Shown here piece after piece: positions 1 through 12,742 of a stretch of DNA of 64,000 bases. Position numbers and translations under genes: made by a program. The notes beneath the pieces are model-generated. The model did no database searches. It was not told the DNA's origin and was given only the letters and a program-made list of their open reading frames with translations. Source of the DNA: Camelus dromedarius (taxonomy: Eukaryota); contig NC_087436.1 in assembly GCF_036321535.1 (NCBI RefSeq), positions 2,542,001-2,606,000 on the forward strand, read 5' to 3'. How positions within the stretch are numbered: position 1 is the first letter of the stretch; each line of letters begins with the position of its first letter.

Positions 1-249
1 TAGGGGAAGGACGGCTTTCACACACACTTATCTCTCAGAACGTAGCATGTGGAGAGACGTTCGTTCATCTAGCACAAAGAGAACTGGTTGCAGGAGAAAC
101 TTTTACTCTGGTTTCTCAGTCTGTTTCCTAGTGCCGGTTTGAAGTTCCTGCAGTTTTCACTGTAAAACCGAGTTGGAGCTAGTACCTCCCTATATATATG
201 TATGGAGTGGAGTTTGCAACTGAAAAGAAACTTTGTGTTCCCAACAAGC

Positions 250-2240
250 TAGGTGAAGTACTACTTTCACACACAATTATCTCTCAGAACTGAGCATGTG
301 GAGAGACGTTCGTTCATCTAGCACAAAAGGAACGGGTTGCAGGGGAAACTTTTTCTCTGGCCTCTCAGTCTGTTTCTTAGTGCCGGTTTGAAGTTCCTGC
401 AGTTTTCACTGTAAAACCGACTTGGAGCTAGTACCTCCCCATATATATGTATGGAGTGGAGTTTGCAACTGAAAAGAAACTTTGTGTTCCAAACAAGCTA
501 GGTGAAGTACGGCATTCACACACACTTATCTCTCAGAACTGAGCATGTGGAGAGACGTTTGTTCATCTAGCACAAAGGGAACGGTTTGAAGGTTAAACTT
601 TTTCTCATTTTTCTCACTCTGTTTCCTAGTGCCGGTTTGAAGTTCCTGCAGGTTTCACTGTAAAACCGAGTTGGAGCTAGTACTTCCCCATATATATATA
701 TGGAGTGGATTTTGCAACTGAAAAGAAACTTTGTGTTCCCAACAAGCTAGGTGAAGGACGGCTTTCACACACACTTATCTCTCACAACTGAGCATGTGGA
801 GAGACGTTCGTTCATCTAGCACAAAGGGAAAGGGTTGCATTAGAAAATTTTACTCTGGTTTCTCATTCTCTTTCCTAGTGCAGGTTTGAAGTTCCTGCAG
901 TTTTCACTGTAAAAATGAGTTGGAGCTAGTACCTCCCCATAAATATTTATGGAGTGGAGTTTGCAAATGAAAAGAAACTTTGTGTTCCCAACAAGGTAGT
1001 TGAAGGACGGCTTTCACACAGACTTATTTCTGAGAACTGAGCATGTGGAGAGACGTTCGTTCATGTAGCACAAAGGAAACGTGTTGCAGGAGAAACTTTT
1101 TCTCTGATTTCTCAGTCTGTTTCCTAGTGCCGGTTTGAATTTCCTGCAGTTTTCACTGTAAAACCGAGTTGGAGCTAGTACATCCCTATATATATGTATG
1201 GAGTGGATTTTGCAACTGAAAAGAAATTTTGTGTTCCCAAAAAGCTAGCTGAAGGATGGATTTCACACACAATTATCTCTCAGAACTGAGCATGTGGAGA
1301 GACGTTCGTTCATCTAGCACAAAAGGAACGGGTTGCAGGGGAAACTTTTTCTCTGGCCTCTCAGTCTGTTTCTTGGTGCCGGTTTGAAGTTCCTGCAGTT
1401 TTCACTGTAAAACCGAGTTGGAGCTAGTACCTCCCCACATATATGTATGGAGAGGAGTTTGCAACTGAAAAGAAACTTTGTGTTCCAAACAAGCTAGGTG
1501 AAGTACGGCTTTCACACACACTTATCTCTCAGAACTGAGCATGTGGAGAGACGTTTGTTCATCTAGCACAAACGGAACGGTTTGAAGGTTAAACTTTTAC
1601 TCATTTTTTTCACTCTGTTTCCTAGTGCCGGTTTGAAGTTCCTGCAGTTTTCACTGTAAAACCGAGTTGAAGCTAGTACCTCCCCATATATATATATGGA
1701 GTGGATTTTGCAACTGAAAAGAAACTTTGTGTTCCCAACAAGCTAGGTGAAGGAAGGCTTTCACACACACTTATCTCTCACAACTGAGCATGTGGAGAGA
1801 CGTTCGTTCATCTAGCACAAAGGGAACGGGTGGCATTAGAAAATTTTACTCTGGTTTCTCATTCTTTTTCCTAGTGCAGGTTTGAAGTTCCTGCAGTTTT
1901 CACTGTAAAAATGAGTTGGAGCTAGTACCTCCCCATAATTATGTATGGAGTGGAGTTTCCAACTGAAAAGAAACTTTGTGTTCCCAACAAGGAAGTTGAA
2001 GGACGGCTTTCACACAGACTTACCTCTGAGAACTGAGCATGTGGAGAGACATTCGTTCATCTAGCACAAAGGGAACGTGTTGCAGGGGAAACTATTACTC
2101 TGGTTTCTCAGTCTGTTTCCTAGTGCCGGTTTGAAGTTCCTGCAGTTTTCACTGTAAAACCGATTTGGAGCTAGTACCTCCCTATATATATGTATGGAGT
2201 GGAGTTTGCAACTGAAAAGAAACTTTGTGTTCCCAACAAG
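250..2240. repeat. Diverged tandem 4-monomer higher-order unit (996 bp), two copies
   Basis: Private variants recur at +996: GGCCTCTCAGTCTGTTTCTT (~359, ~1355), GGTTTGAAGGTTAAAC (~583, ~1579), GCATTAGAAAATTTT (~837, ~1833). The copies also differ at many other sites. Confidence 0.85.
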
Positions 2241-3791
2241 CTAGGTGAAGGGCGGCTTTCACACACAATTATCTCTCAGAATTGAGCATGTGGAGAGACG
2301 TTCGTTCATCTAGCACAAAAGGAACGGGTTGCAGGGGAAACTTTTCCTCTAGCCTCTCAGTCTGTTTCCTAGTGCCGGTTTGAAGTTCCTGCAGTTTTCA
2401 CTGTAAAACCGATTTGGAGCTAGTACCTCCCCATATATATGTATGGAGTGGAGATTGCAACTGAAAGAAACTTTGTGTTCCCAACAAGCTAGGGGAAGGA
2501 CGGCTTTCACACACACTTATCTCTCAGAACTGAGCATGTGGAGAGACGTTCGTTCACCTAGCACAAAGGGAAAGGTTTGCAGGAGAAACTTTTACTCTGT
2601 CTTCTCAGTCCGTTTCCTAGTGCAGGTTTGAAGTTCCTGCAGTTTTCACTGTAAAACCGAGTTGGAGCTAGTACCTCCCCTTATATATGTATGGAGTGGA
2701 GTTTTCAACTGAAAAGAAACTTTGTGTTCCCAACAAGCTAGGTGAAGGACGGCTTTCACACACACTTATCTCTCAGAACTGAGCATGTGGAGAGACGTTC
2801 GTTCACCTAGCACAAAGGGAAAGGTTTGCAGGAGAAACTTTTACTCTGTCTTCTCAGTCTGTTTCCTAGTGCCGGTTTGAAGTTCCTGCAGTTTTCACTG
2901 TAAAACCGAGTTGGATCTAGTACCTCCCCTTATATATGTATGGAGTGGGGTTTGCAACTGAAAAGAAACTTTGTGTTCCCAACAATCTTGGTGAAGGACG
3001 GCTTTCACACACACTTATCTCTCAGAACTGAGCATGTGGAGAGACGTTCGTTCATCTATCACAAAGGGAACGGCTTGCAGGAGAAACTTTTACTCTGGTT
3101 TCTCAGTCTGTTTCCTAGTGCCGGTTTGAAGTTCCTGCAGTTTTCACTGTAAAACGGAGTTGGAGCTAGGGTCTCCCCATATATATGTATGGAGTGGAGT
3201 TTGCAACTGAAAAGAACTTTGAGTTCCCAACAAGCTAGGGGAAGGACGGCTTTCACACACACTTATCTCTCAGAAAGTAGCATGTGGAGAGACGTTCGTT
3301 CATCTAGCACAAAGAGAACTGGTTGCAGGAGAAACTTTTACTCTGGTTTCTCAGTCTGTTTCCTAGTGCCGGTTTGAAGTTCCTGCAGTTTTCACTGTAA
3401 AACCGAGTTGGAGCTAGTACCTCCCTATAAATATGTATGGAGTGGAGTTTGCAACTGAAAAGAAACTTTGTGTTCCCAACAAGCTAGGTGAAGGACGGCT
3501 TTCACACACAATTATATCTCAGAACTGAGCATGTGGAGAGACGTTCGTTCATCTAGCACAAAATGAACGGGTTGCAGGGGAAACTGTTTCTCTGGCCTCT
3601 CAGTCTGTTTCCTAGTGCCGGTTTGAAGATCCTGCTGTTTTCACTGTACAACCGAGTTGGAGCTAGTACCTCCCCATATATATATATGGAGTGGATTTTG
3701 CAACTGAAAAGAAACTTTGTGTTCCCTACAAGCTAGGTGAAGGACGGCTTTCACACACACTTATCTCTCAAAACTGAGCATGTGGAGAGAC

Positions 3792-6700
3792 GTTCGTTCA
3801 TCTAGCACAAAGGGAACGGGTTGCATTAGAAAATATTTCTCTGGTTTCTCATTCTGTTTCCAAGTGCAGTTTTGAAGTTCCTGCAGTTTTCACTGTAAAA
3901 ATGAGTTGGAGCTAGTACCTCCCCATAAATCTGTATGGAGTGGAGTTTGCAACTGAAAAGAAACTTTGTGTTCCCAACAAGGTAGTTGAAGGACGGCTTT
4001 CACACAGACTTATCTCTGAGAACTGAGCATGTGGAGAGACGTTCGTTCATCTAGCACAAAGGGAACGTGTTGCAGGAGAAACTTTTACTCCGGTTTCTCA
4101 GTCTGTTTCCTAGTGCCGGTTTGAAGTTCCTGCAGTTTTCACTGTAAAACAGAGTTGGAGCTAGTACCTCCCTATATATATGTATGGAGTGGAGTTTGCA
4201 ACTGAAAAGAAACTTTGTGTTCCCAACAAGCTAGGTGAAGGACGTCTTTCACACACAATTATCTCTCAGAACTGAGCATGTGGAGAGACGTTCGTTCATC
4301 TAGCACAAAAGGAACGGGTTGCAGGGGAAACTTTTTCTCTGGCCTCTCAGTCTGTTTCCTAGTGCCGGTTTGAAGTTCCTGCAGTTTTCACTGTAAAACC
4401 GAGTTGGAGCTCGTACCTCCCCATATATATGTATGGAGTGGAGTTTGCAACTGAAAAGAAACTTTGTGTTCCCAACAAGAGAGGTGAAGGACGGCTTTCA
4501 CACACACTTATCTCTCACAACTGAGCATGTGGAGAGACGTTCGTTCATCTAGCACAAAGGGAACGTGTTGCATTAGAAACTTTTACTCTGGTTTCTCAGT
4601 ATGTTTCCTAGTGCCGGTTTGAAGTTCCTGGAGTTTTCACTGTAAAACCGAGTTGGAGCTAGTACCTCCCCTTAAATATGTATGGAGTGGAGTTTGCAAC
4701 TGAAAAGAAACTTTGTGTTCCCAACAAGCTAGGTGAAGGACGGCTTTCACACACACTTATCTCTGAGAACTGAGCATGTGGAGAGACGTTCGTTCATCTA
4801 GCACTAAGGGAACGTGTTGCAGGAGAAACTTTTACTCTGGTCTCTCAGTCTGTTTCCTAGTTCCGGTTTGAAGTTCCTGCAGTTTTCACTGTAAAACCGA
4901 GTTGGAGCTAGTACCTCCCCTTATATATGTATGGAGTGGAGTTTGCAACTGAAAAGAAACTTTGTGTTCCCAACAAGCTAGGTGAAGGACGGCTTTCACA
5001 CACACTTATCTCTCAGAACTGAGCATGTGGAGAGACGTTCGTTCACCTAGCTCAAAGGGAAAGGTTTGCAGGAGAAACTTTTACTCTGTCTTCTCAGTCT
5101 GTTTCCTAGTGCCGGTTTGAAGTTCCTGCAGTTTTCCTGTAAAACAGAGTTGGAGCTAGTACCTCCCCTTATATATGTATGGAGTGGAGTTTGCAACTGA
5201 AAAGAAACTTTGTGTTCCCAACAATCTTGGTGAAGGACGGCTTTCACACACACTTATCTCTCAGAACTGAGCATGTGGAGAGACGTTCGTTCATCTAGCA
5301 CAAAGGGAACGGCTTGCAGGAGAAACATTTACTCTGGTTTCTCAGTCTGTTTCCTAGTGCCGGTTTGAAGTTCCTGCAGTTTTCACTGTCAAACCGAGTT
5401 GGAGCTAGTACCTCCCCACATATATGTATGGAGTGTGGTTTGCAACTGAAAAGAAACTTTGTGTTCCCAACAAGCTAGGTGAAGGACGGCTTTCACACAC
5501 ACTTATCTCTCACAACTGAGCATGTGGAGAGACGTTCGTTCATCTAGCACAAAGGGAACGTGTTGCATTAGAAACTTTTACTCTGGTTTCTCAGTATGTT
5601 TCCTAGTGCCGGTTTGAAGTTCCTGCAGTTTTCACTGTAAAACCGAGTTGGAGCTAGTACCTCCCCATAAATATGTATGGATTGGAGTTTGCAACTAAAA
5701 AGAAACTTTGTGTTCCCAGCAAGCTAGGTGAAGGACGGCTTTCACACACACTTATCTCTGAGAACTGAGCATGTGGAGAGACGTTCGTTCATCTAGCACA
5801 AAGGGAACGTGTTGCAGGAGAAACTTTTACTCTGGTCTCTCAGTCTGTTTCCTAGTGCCGGTTTGAAGTTCCTGCAGTTTTCACTGTAAAACCGAGTTGT
5901 AGCTAGTACCTCCCCTTATATATGTATGGAGTGGAGTATTCAACTGAAAAGAAACTTTGTGTTCCCAACAAGCTAGGTGAAGGACGGCTTTCACACACAA
6001 TTATCTCTCAGAACTGAGCATGTGGAGAGACGTTCGTTCACCTAGCACAAAGGGAAAGTTTTGCAGGAGAAACTTTTACTCTGTCTTCTTAGTCTGTTTC
6101 CTAGTTCCGGTTTGAAGTTCCTGCAGTTTTCACTGTAAAACAGAGTTGGAGCTAGTACCTCCCCTTATATATGTATGGAGTGGGGTTTGCAACTGAAAAG
6201 AAACTTTCTGTTCCCAACAATCTTGGTGAAGGACGGATTTCACACACACTTATCTCTGAGAACTGAGCATGTGGAGAGACGTTCGTTCATCTAGCACAAA
6301 GGGAACTTCTTGCAGGAGAAACTTTTACTCTGGTTTCTCAGTCTGTTTCCTAGTGCCGGTTTGAAATTCCTGCAGTTTTCACTGTAAAACGGAGTTGGAG
6401 CTAGGGCCTCCCCATATATATGTATGGAGTGGAGTTTGCAACTGAAAAGAACTTTGAGTTCCCAACAAGCTAGTTGAAGGACGGCTTTCACACACACTAA
6501 TCTCTCAGAACTTAGCATGTGGACAGACGTTCGTTCATCTAGCACAAAGAGAACGGGTTGCAGGAGAAACTTTTACTCTGGTTTCTCAGTCTGTTTCCTA
6601 GTGCCGGTTTGAAGTTCCTGCAGTTTTCACTGTAAAACCGAGTTGGAGCTAGTACCTCCCTATATATATGTATGGAGTGGAGTTTGCAACTGAAAAGAAA

Positions 6701-9700
6701 CTTTGTGTTCCCAACAAGCTAGGTGAAGGACGGCTTTCACACAAAATTATCTCTCAGAACTGAGCATGTGGAGAGACGTTCGTTCATCTAGCACAAAAGG
6801 AACGGGTTGCAGGGGAAACTTTTTCTCTGGCCTCTCAGTCTGTTTCCTAGTGCCGGTTTGAAGTTCCTGCAGTTTTCACTGTAAAACCGAGTTGGAGCTA
6901 GTACCTCCCCATATATATATATGGAGTGGATTTTGCAACTGAAAAGAAACTTTGTGTTCCCAACAAGCTAGGTGAAGGACGGCTTTCACACACACTTATC
7001 TCTCACAACTGAGCATGTGGAGAGACGTTCATTCATCTAGCACAAAGGGAAAGGGTTGCATTAGAAAATTTTACTCTGGTTTCTCATTCTGTTTCCTAGT
7101 GCAGGTTTGAAGTTCCTGCAGTTTTCACTGTAAAAATGAGTTGGAGCTAGTACCTCCCCATAAATATGTATGGAGTGGAGTTTGCAACTGAAAAGAAACT
7201 TTGTGTTCCCAACAAGGTAGTTGAAGGACGGCTTTCACACAGACTTATCTCTGAGAACTGAGCATGTGGAGAGACGTTCGTTCATCTAGCACAAAGGGAA
7301 CGTGTTGCAGGAGAAACTTTTACTCTGGTTTCTCAGTCTGTTTCCTAGTGCCGGTTTGAAGTTCCTGCAGTTTTCACTGTAAAACCGAGTTGGAGCTAGT
7401 ACCTCCCCATAAATATGTATGGAGTGGAGTTTGCAACTGAAAAGAAACTTTGTGTTCCCAACAAACTAGGTGAAGGACGGCTTTCACACACACTTATCTC
7501 TGAGAACTGAGCATGTGGAGAGACGTTCGTTCATCTAGCACTAAGGGAACGTTTTGCAGGAGAAACTTTTACTCTGGTCTTTCAGTCTGTTTCCTAGTGC
7601 CGGGTTGAAGTTCCTGTAGTTTTCACTGTAAAACCGAGTTGGAGCTAGTACCTCCCCTTATATATGTATGAAGTGGAGTTTGCAACTGAAAAGAAAGTTT
7701 GTGTTCCCAACAAGCTAGTTGAAGGACGGCTTTCACACACACTTATTTCTCAGAACTGAGCATGTGGAGAGACTTTCGTTCACCTAGCACAAAGGGAAAG
7801 GTTTGCAGGAGAAACTTTTACTCTGTCTTCTCAGTCTGTTTCCTAGTGCCGCTTTGAAGTTCCTGCAGTTTTCACTGTAAAACAGAGTTGGAGCTAGTAC
7901 CTCCCCTTATATATGTATGGAGTGGACTTTGCAACTGAAAAGAAACTTTGTTTTCCCAACAATCTTGGTGAAGGACGGCTTTCACACACACTTATCTCTC
8001 AGAACTGAGCATGTGGAGAGACGTTCGTTCATCTAGCACAAAGGGAACGGCTTGCAGGAGAAACTTTTACTCTGGTTTCTCAGTCTGTTTCCTAGTGCCT
8101 GTTTGAAGTTCCTGCAGTTTTCACTGTAAAACCGAGTTGGAGCTAGGGCCTCCCCATATATATGTATGGAGTGGAGTTTGCAACTGAAAAGAACTTTGAG
8201 TTCCCAACAAGCTAGGTGAAGGACGGCTTTAACACACACTTGTCTCTCAGACCTTCGCATGTGGAGAGACGTTCGTTCATCTAGCACAAAGAGAACGGGT
8301 TGCAGGAGAAACTTTTACTCTGGTTTCTCAGTCTCTTTCCTAGTGCCTGTTTGAAGTTCCTCCAGTTTTCACTGTAAAACCGAGTTGGAGCTAGAACCTC
8401 CCCATATATATGTATGGAGTGGAGTTTACAACTGAAAAGAAACTTTGTGTTCCCAACAATCTTGGTGAAGGACGGCTTTCACACACACTTTTCTCTCAGA
8501 ACTGAGCATGTGGAGAGACGTTCGTTCATCTAGCACAAAGGGAACGGCTTGCAGGTGAAACTTTTACTCTGGTTTCTCAGTCTCTTTCCTAGTGCCGGTT
8601 TGAAGTTCCTGCAGTTTTCACTGTAAAACCGAGTTGGAGATAGTACCTCCCCATATATATGTATGGAGTGGAGTTTGCAACTGAAAAGTAACTTTGTGTT
8701 CCCAACAAGCTAGGTGAAGGACGGCTTTCACACACACTTATCTCTCACAACTGAGCATGTGGAGAGACTTTCGTTCATCTAGCACAATGGGAACGGTTTG
8801 CAGGAGAAACATTTTCTCTGGTTTCTCAGTCTGTTTCCTAGTGCCAGTTTGAAATTCCTGCAGTTTTCACTGTAAACTGTGTTGGAGCTAGTACCTCCCC
8901 ATATATATGTATGGATTGGAGTTTGCAACTGAAAAGAAACTTTGTGTTCCCAACAAGCTTGGTGAAGTACGGATTTCACACAATTATCTCTCAGAACTGA
9001 GCATGTGGAGAGACGTTCGTTCATCTAGCACAAAGAGAACGGGTTGCAGGAGAAACTTTTACTCTGGTCTCTCAGTCTGTTTCCTAGTGCCGGTTTTAAG
9101 TTCCTGCAGTTTTCAATGTAAAACCGAGTTGGAGCTAGTACCTCCCCATATATATGTATGGAGTGGAGTTTGCAAATGAAAAGAAAATTTGTGTTCCCAA
9201 CAAGCTAGGTGAAGGGTGGCTTTCACACACACTTATCTCTCAGAACTGAGCATTTGGAGAGACGTTCGTTCATCTAGCAAAAAGGGAACGTGTTGCAGGG
9301 GAAACTTTTACTCTGGTATCTCAGTCTGTTTCCTAGTGGCGGTTTGAAGTTCCTCCATTTTTCACTGTAAAACCGAGTTGGAGCTAGTACCTCCCCATAT
9401 ATATGTATGGAGTGGAGTTTGCAACTGAAAAGAATCTTTGTGTTCCCAACAAGCTAGGTGAAGGACGGCGTTCACACACACTTATCTCTCAGAACTGAGC
9501 ATGTGGAGAGACTTTCGTTCATCTAGTACAAAGGGAACGGTTTGCAGGAGAAACTTTTACTGTGGTTTCAGTCTGTTTCCTACTGCCGGTTTGAAGTTCC
9601 TGCAGTTTTCACTGTAAAACGGAGTTGGAGCTAGGGCATCCCCATATATATGTATGGAGTGCAGTTTGCAACTGAAAAGAAACTTTGAGTTCCCAACAAG

Positions 9701-12700
9701 CTAGGTGAAGGACGGCTTTCACAGACACTTATCTCTCAGAAGTCAGCATGTGGAGAGACGTTAGTTCATCTAGCACAAAGAGAACGGGTTGCAGGAGAAA
9801 CTTTTACTCTGGTTTCTCAGTCTGTTTCCTAGTGCCTGTTTGAAGTTCCTGCAGTTTTCACTGTAAAACCGTGTTGGAGCTAGTACCTCCCTATAAATAT
9901 GTATGGAGTGGAGTTTGTAACTGAAAAGAAACTTTGTGTTCCCAACAAGCTAGGTGAAGTACGGCTTTCACACACACTTATCTCTGAGAACTGAGCATGT
10001 GGAGAGACGTTCGTTCATCTAGCACAAAGGGAACGTGATGCAGGAGAAACTTTTACTCTGGTCTCTCAGTCTGTTTCCTAGTGCCGGTTTTAAGTTCCTG
10101 CAGTTTTCAATGTAAACCCGAGTTGGAGCTAGTACGTCCCCATATATATGTATGGAGTGGAGTTTGCAAATGAAAAGAATCTTTGTGTTCCCAACAAGCT
10201 AGGTGAAGGACGGCTTTCACACACACTTACCTCTCAGAACTGAGCATGTGGAGAGACGTTCGTTCATCTAGCACAAAGGGAACGGGTTGCAGGGGAAACT
10301 TTTACTATGGTTTCTCACTCTGTTTCCTAGTGCCGGTTTGAAATTCCTGCAGTTTTCACTGTAAAACCGAGTTGGAGCTAGTACCTCCCCATATATATGT
10401 ATGGAGTGGAGTTTGCAACTGAAAAGAATCTTTGTGTTCCCAACAAGCTAGGTGAAGGACGGCGTTCACACACACTTATCTCTCACAACTGAGCATGTGG
10501 AGAGACTTTCGTTCATCTAGCAAAATGGGAACGGTTTGCAGGAGAAACATTTTCTCTGGTTTCTCAGTCTGTTTCCTAGTGCCAGTTTGAAATTCCTGCA
10601 GTTTTCACTGTAAAACAGAGTTGGAGCTAGTACCTCCCCATATATATGTATGGATTGGAGTTTGCAACTGAAAAGAAACTTTGTGTTCCCAACAAGCTAG
10701 GTGAAGTACGGCTTTCACACACTTATCTCTCAGAACTGAGCATGTGGAGAGAAGTTCGTTCATCTAGCACAAAATTAACGGGTTGCAGGAGAAACTTTTC
10801 TCTGGTTTCTCAGTCTGTTTCCTAGTGGCGTTTTGAAGTTCCTGCAGTTTTCACTGTAAAACCGAGTGGGAGCTTGTACCTCCCCATAAATATTTATGGA
10901 GTGGATTTTGCAACTGAAAAGAAACTTTGTGTTCCCAACAAGCTAGGTGAAGGACGGCTTTCACACACACTTATCTCTCACAACTGAGCATGTGGAGAGA
11001 CGTTCATTCATCTAGCACAAAGGGAACGGGTTGCATTAGAAAATTTTACTCTGGTTTCTCATTCTGTTTCCTAGTGCAGGTTTGAAGTTCCTGCAGTTTT
11101 CACTGTAAAAATGAGTTGGAGCTAGTACCCCCCCATAAATATGTATGGAGTGGAGTTTGCAACTGAAAAGAACTTTGTGTTCCCAACAAGGTAGTTGAAG
11201 GACGGCTTTCACACAGACTTATCTCTGAGAACTGAGCATGTGGAGAGACGTTCGTTCATCTAGCACAAAGGGAACGTGTTGCAGGAGAAACTTTTACTCT
11301 GGTTTCTCAGTCTGTTTCCTAGGGCCGGTTTGAAGTTCCTGCAGTTTTCACTGTAAAACCGAGTTGGAGCTAGTACCTCCCCATAAATATGTATGGAGTG
11401 GAGTTTGCAACTGAAAAGAAACTTTGTGTTCCCAACAAGCTAGGTGAAGGACGGCTTTCACACACACTTATCTCTGAGAACTGAGCATGTGGAGAGACGA
11501 TCGTTCATCTAGCACTAAGGGAACGTGTTGCAGGAGAAACTTTTACTCTGGTCTTTCAGTCTGTTTCCTAGTGCCGGGTTGAAGTTCCTGCAGTTTTCAC
11601 TGTAAAACCGAGTTGGAGCTAGTACCTCCCCTTATATATGTATGAAGTGGAGTTTGCAACTGAAAAGAAAGTTTGTGTTCCCAACAAGCAAGTTGAAGGA
11701 CGGCTTTCACACACACTTATTTCTCAGAACTGAGCATGTGGAGAGACGTTCGTTCACCTAGCACAAAGGGAAAGGTTTGCAGGAGAAACTTTTACTCTGT
11801 CTTCTCAGTCTTTTTCCTAGTGCCGCTTTGAAGTTCCTGCAGTTTTCACTGTAAAACAGAGTTGGAGCTAGTACCTCCCCTTATATATGTATGGAGTGGA
11901 CTTTGCAACTGAAAAGAATCTTTGTGTTCCCAACAATCTTGGTGAAGGACGGCTTTCACACACACTTATCTCTCAGAACTGAGCATGTGGAGAGACGTTC
12001 GTTCATCTAGCACAAAGGGAACGGCTTGCAGGAGAAACTTTTACTCTGGTTTCTCACTCTGTTTCCTAGTGCCTGTTTGAAGTTCCTGCAGTTTTCACTG
12101 TAAAACCGAGTTGGAGCTAGGGCCTCCCCATATATATGTATGGAGTGGAGTTTGCAACTGAAAAGAACTTTGAGTTCCCAACAAGCTAGGTGAAGGACGG
12201 CTTTCACACACACTTGTCTCTCAGACCTTCGCATGTGGAGAGACGTTCGTTCATCTAGCACAAAGAGAACGGGTTGCAGGAGAAACTTTTACTCTGGTTT
12301 CTCAGTCTGTTTCCTAGTGCCGGTTTGAAGTTTCTGCAGTTTTCACTGTAAAACCGTGTTGGAACTAGTACCTCCCTATAAATATGTATGGAGTGGAGTT
12401 TGCAACTGAAAAGAAACTTTGTGTTCCCAACAAGCTAGGTGAAGTACGGCTTTCACACACACTTATCTCTGAGAACTGAGCATGTGGAGAGACGTTCGTT
12501 CATCTAGCACAAACGGAACGTGATGCAGGAGAAACTTTTACTCTGGTTTCTCAGTCTCTTTCCTAGTGCCTGTTTGAAGTTCCTGCAGTTTTCACTGTAA
12601 AACCGAGTTGGAGCTAGAACCTCCCCATATATATGTATGGAGTGGAGTTTACAACTGAAAAGAAACTTTGTGTTCCCAACAATCTTGGTGAAGTACGGCT

Positions 12701-12742
12701 TTCACACACACTTATCTTTGAGAAATGAGCATGTGGAGAGAT
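3792..12742. repeat. First copy of a 36-monomer (8951 bp) tandem duplication
   Basis: 3792-~7463 recurs at 12743-~16414 (offset 8951; identical ORF pairs 5047/13998 and 6291/15242; marker AAATATTTCT...CCAAGTGCAGT at 3831/12782). ~9920-12769 recurs at ~16390-19237 (offset 6467-6468; ORF pair 12007/18475). Confidence 0.9.
10890..12300. repeat. Copy of the ~6910-8330 block at a 16-monomer offset (3974 bp)
   Basis: Shared markers CACTTGTCTCTCAGACCTTCGC (8237/12211), TATGAAGTGG and GCCGCTTTG; ORF pair 8033/12007. Confidence 0.85.

Noticed and set aside
59..88. Functional CENP-B box
   Set aside because: TTCG and CGGG are 20 nt apart rather than 7, and I found no nTTCGnnnnAnnCGGGn match on either strand of the consensus.
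190..204. TATATATA as a TATA-box promoter
   Set aside because: It is a short TA run in every monomer, with no downstream gene and no evidence of transcription.
1..249. Tandem RNA gene cluster (5S rRNA, tRNA, snRNA, snoRNA, miRNA)
   Set aside because: No recognisable 5S, tRNA or snRNA sequence or Pol III A/B boxes, and no conserved-gene plus variable-spacer partition. An Rfam/Infernal scan would be the formal test.
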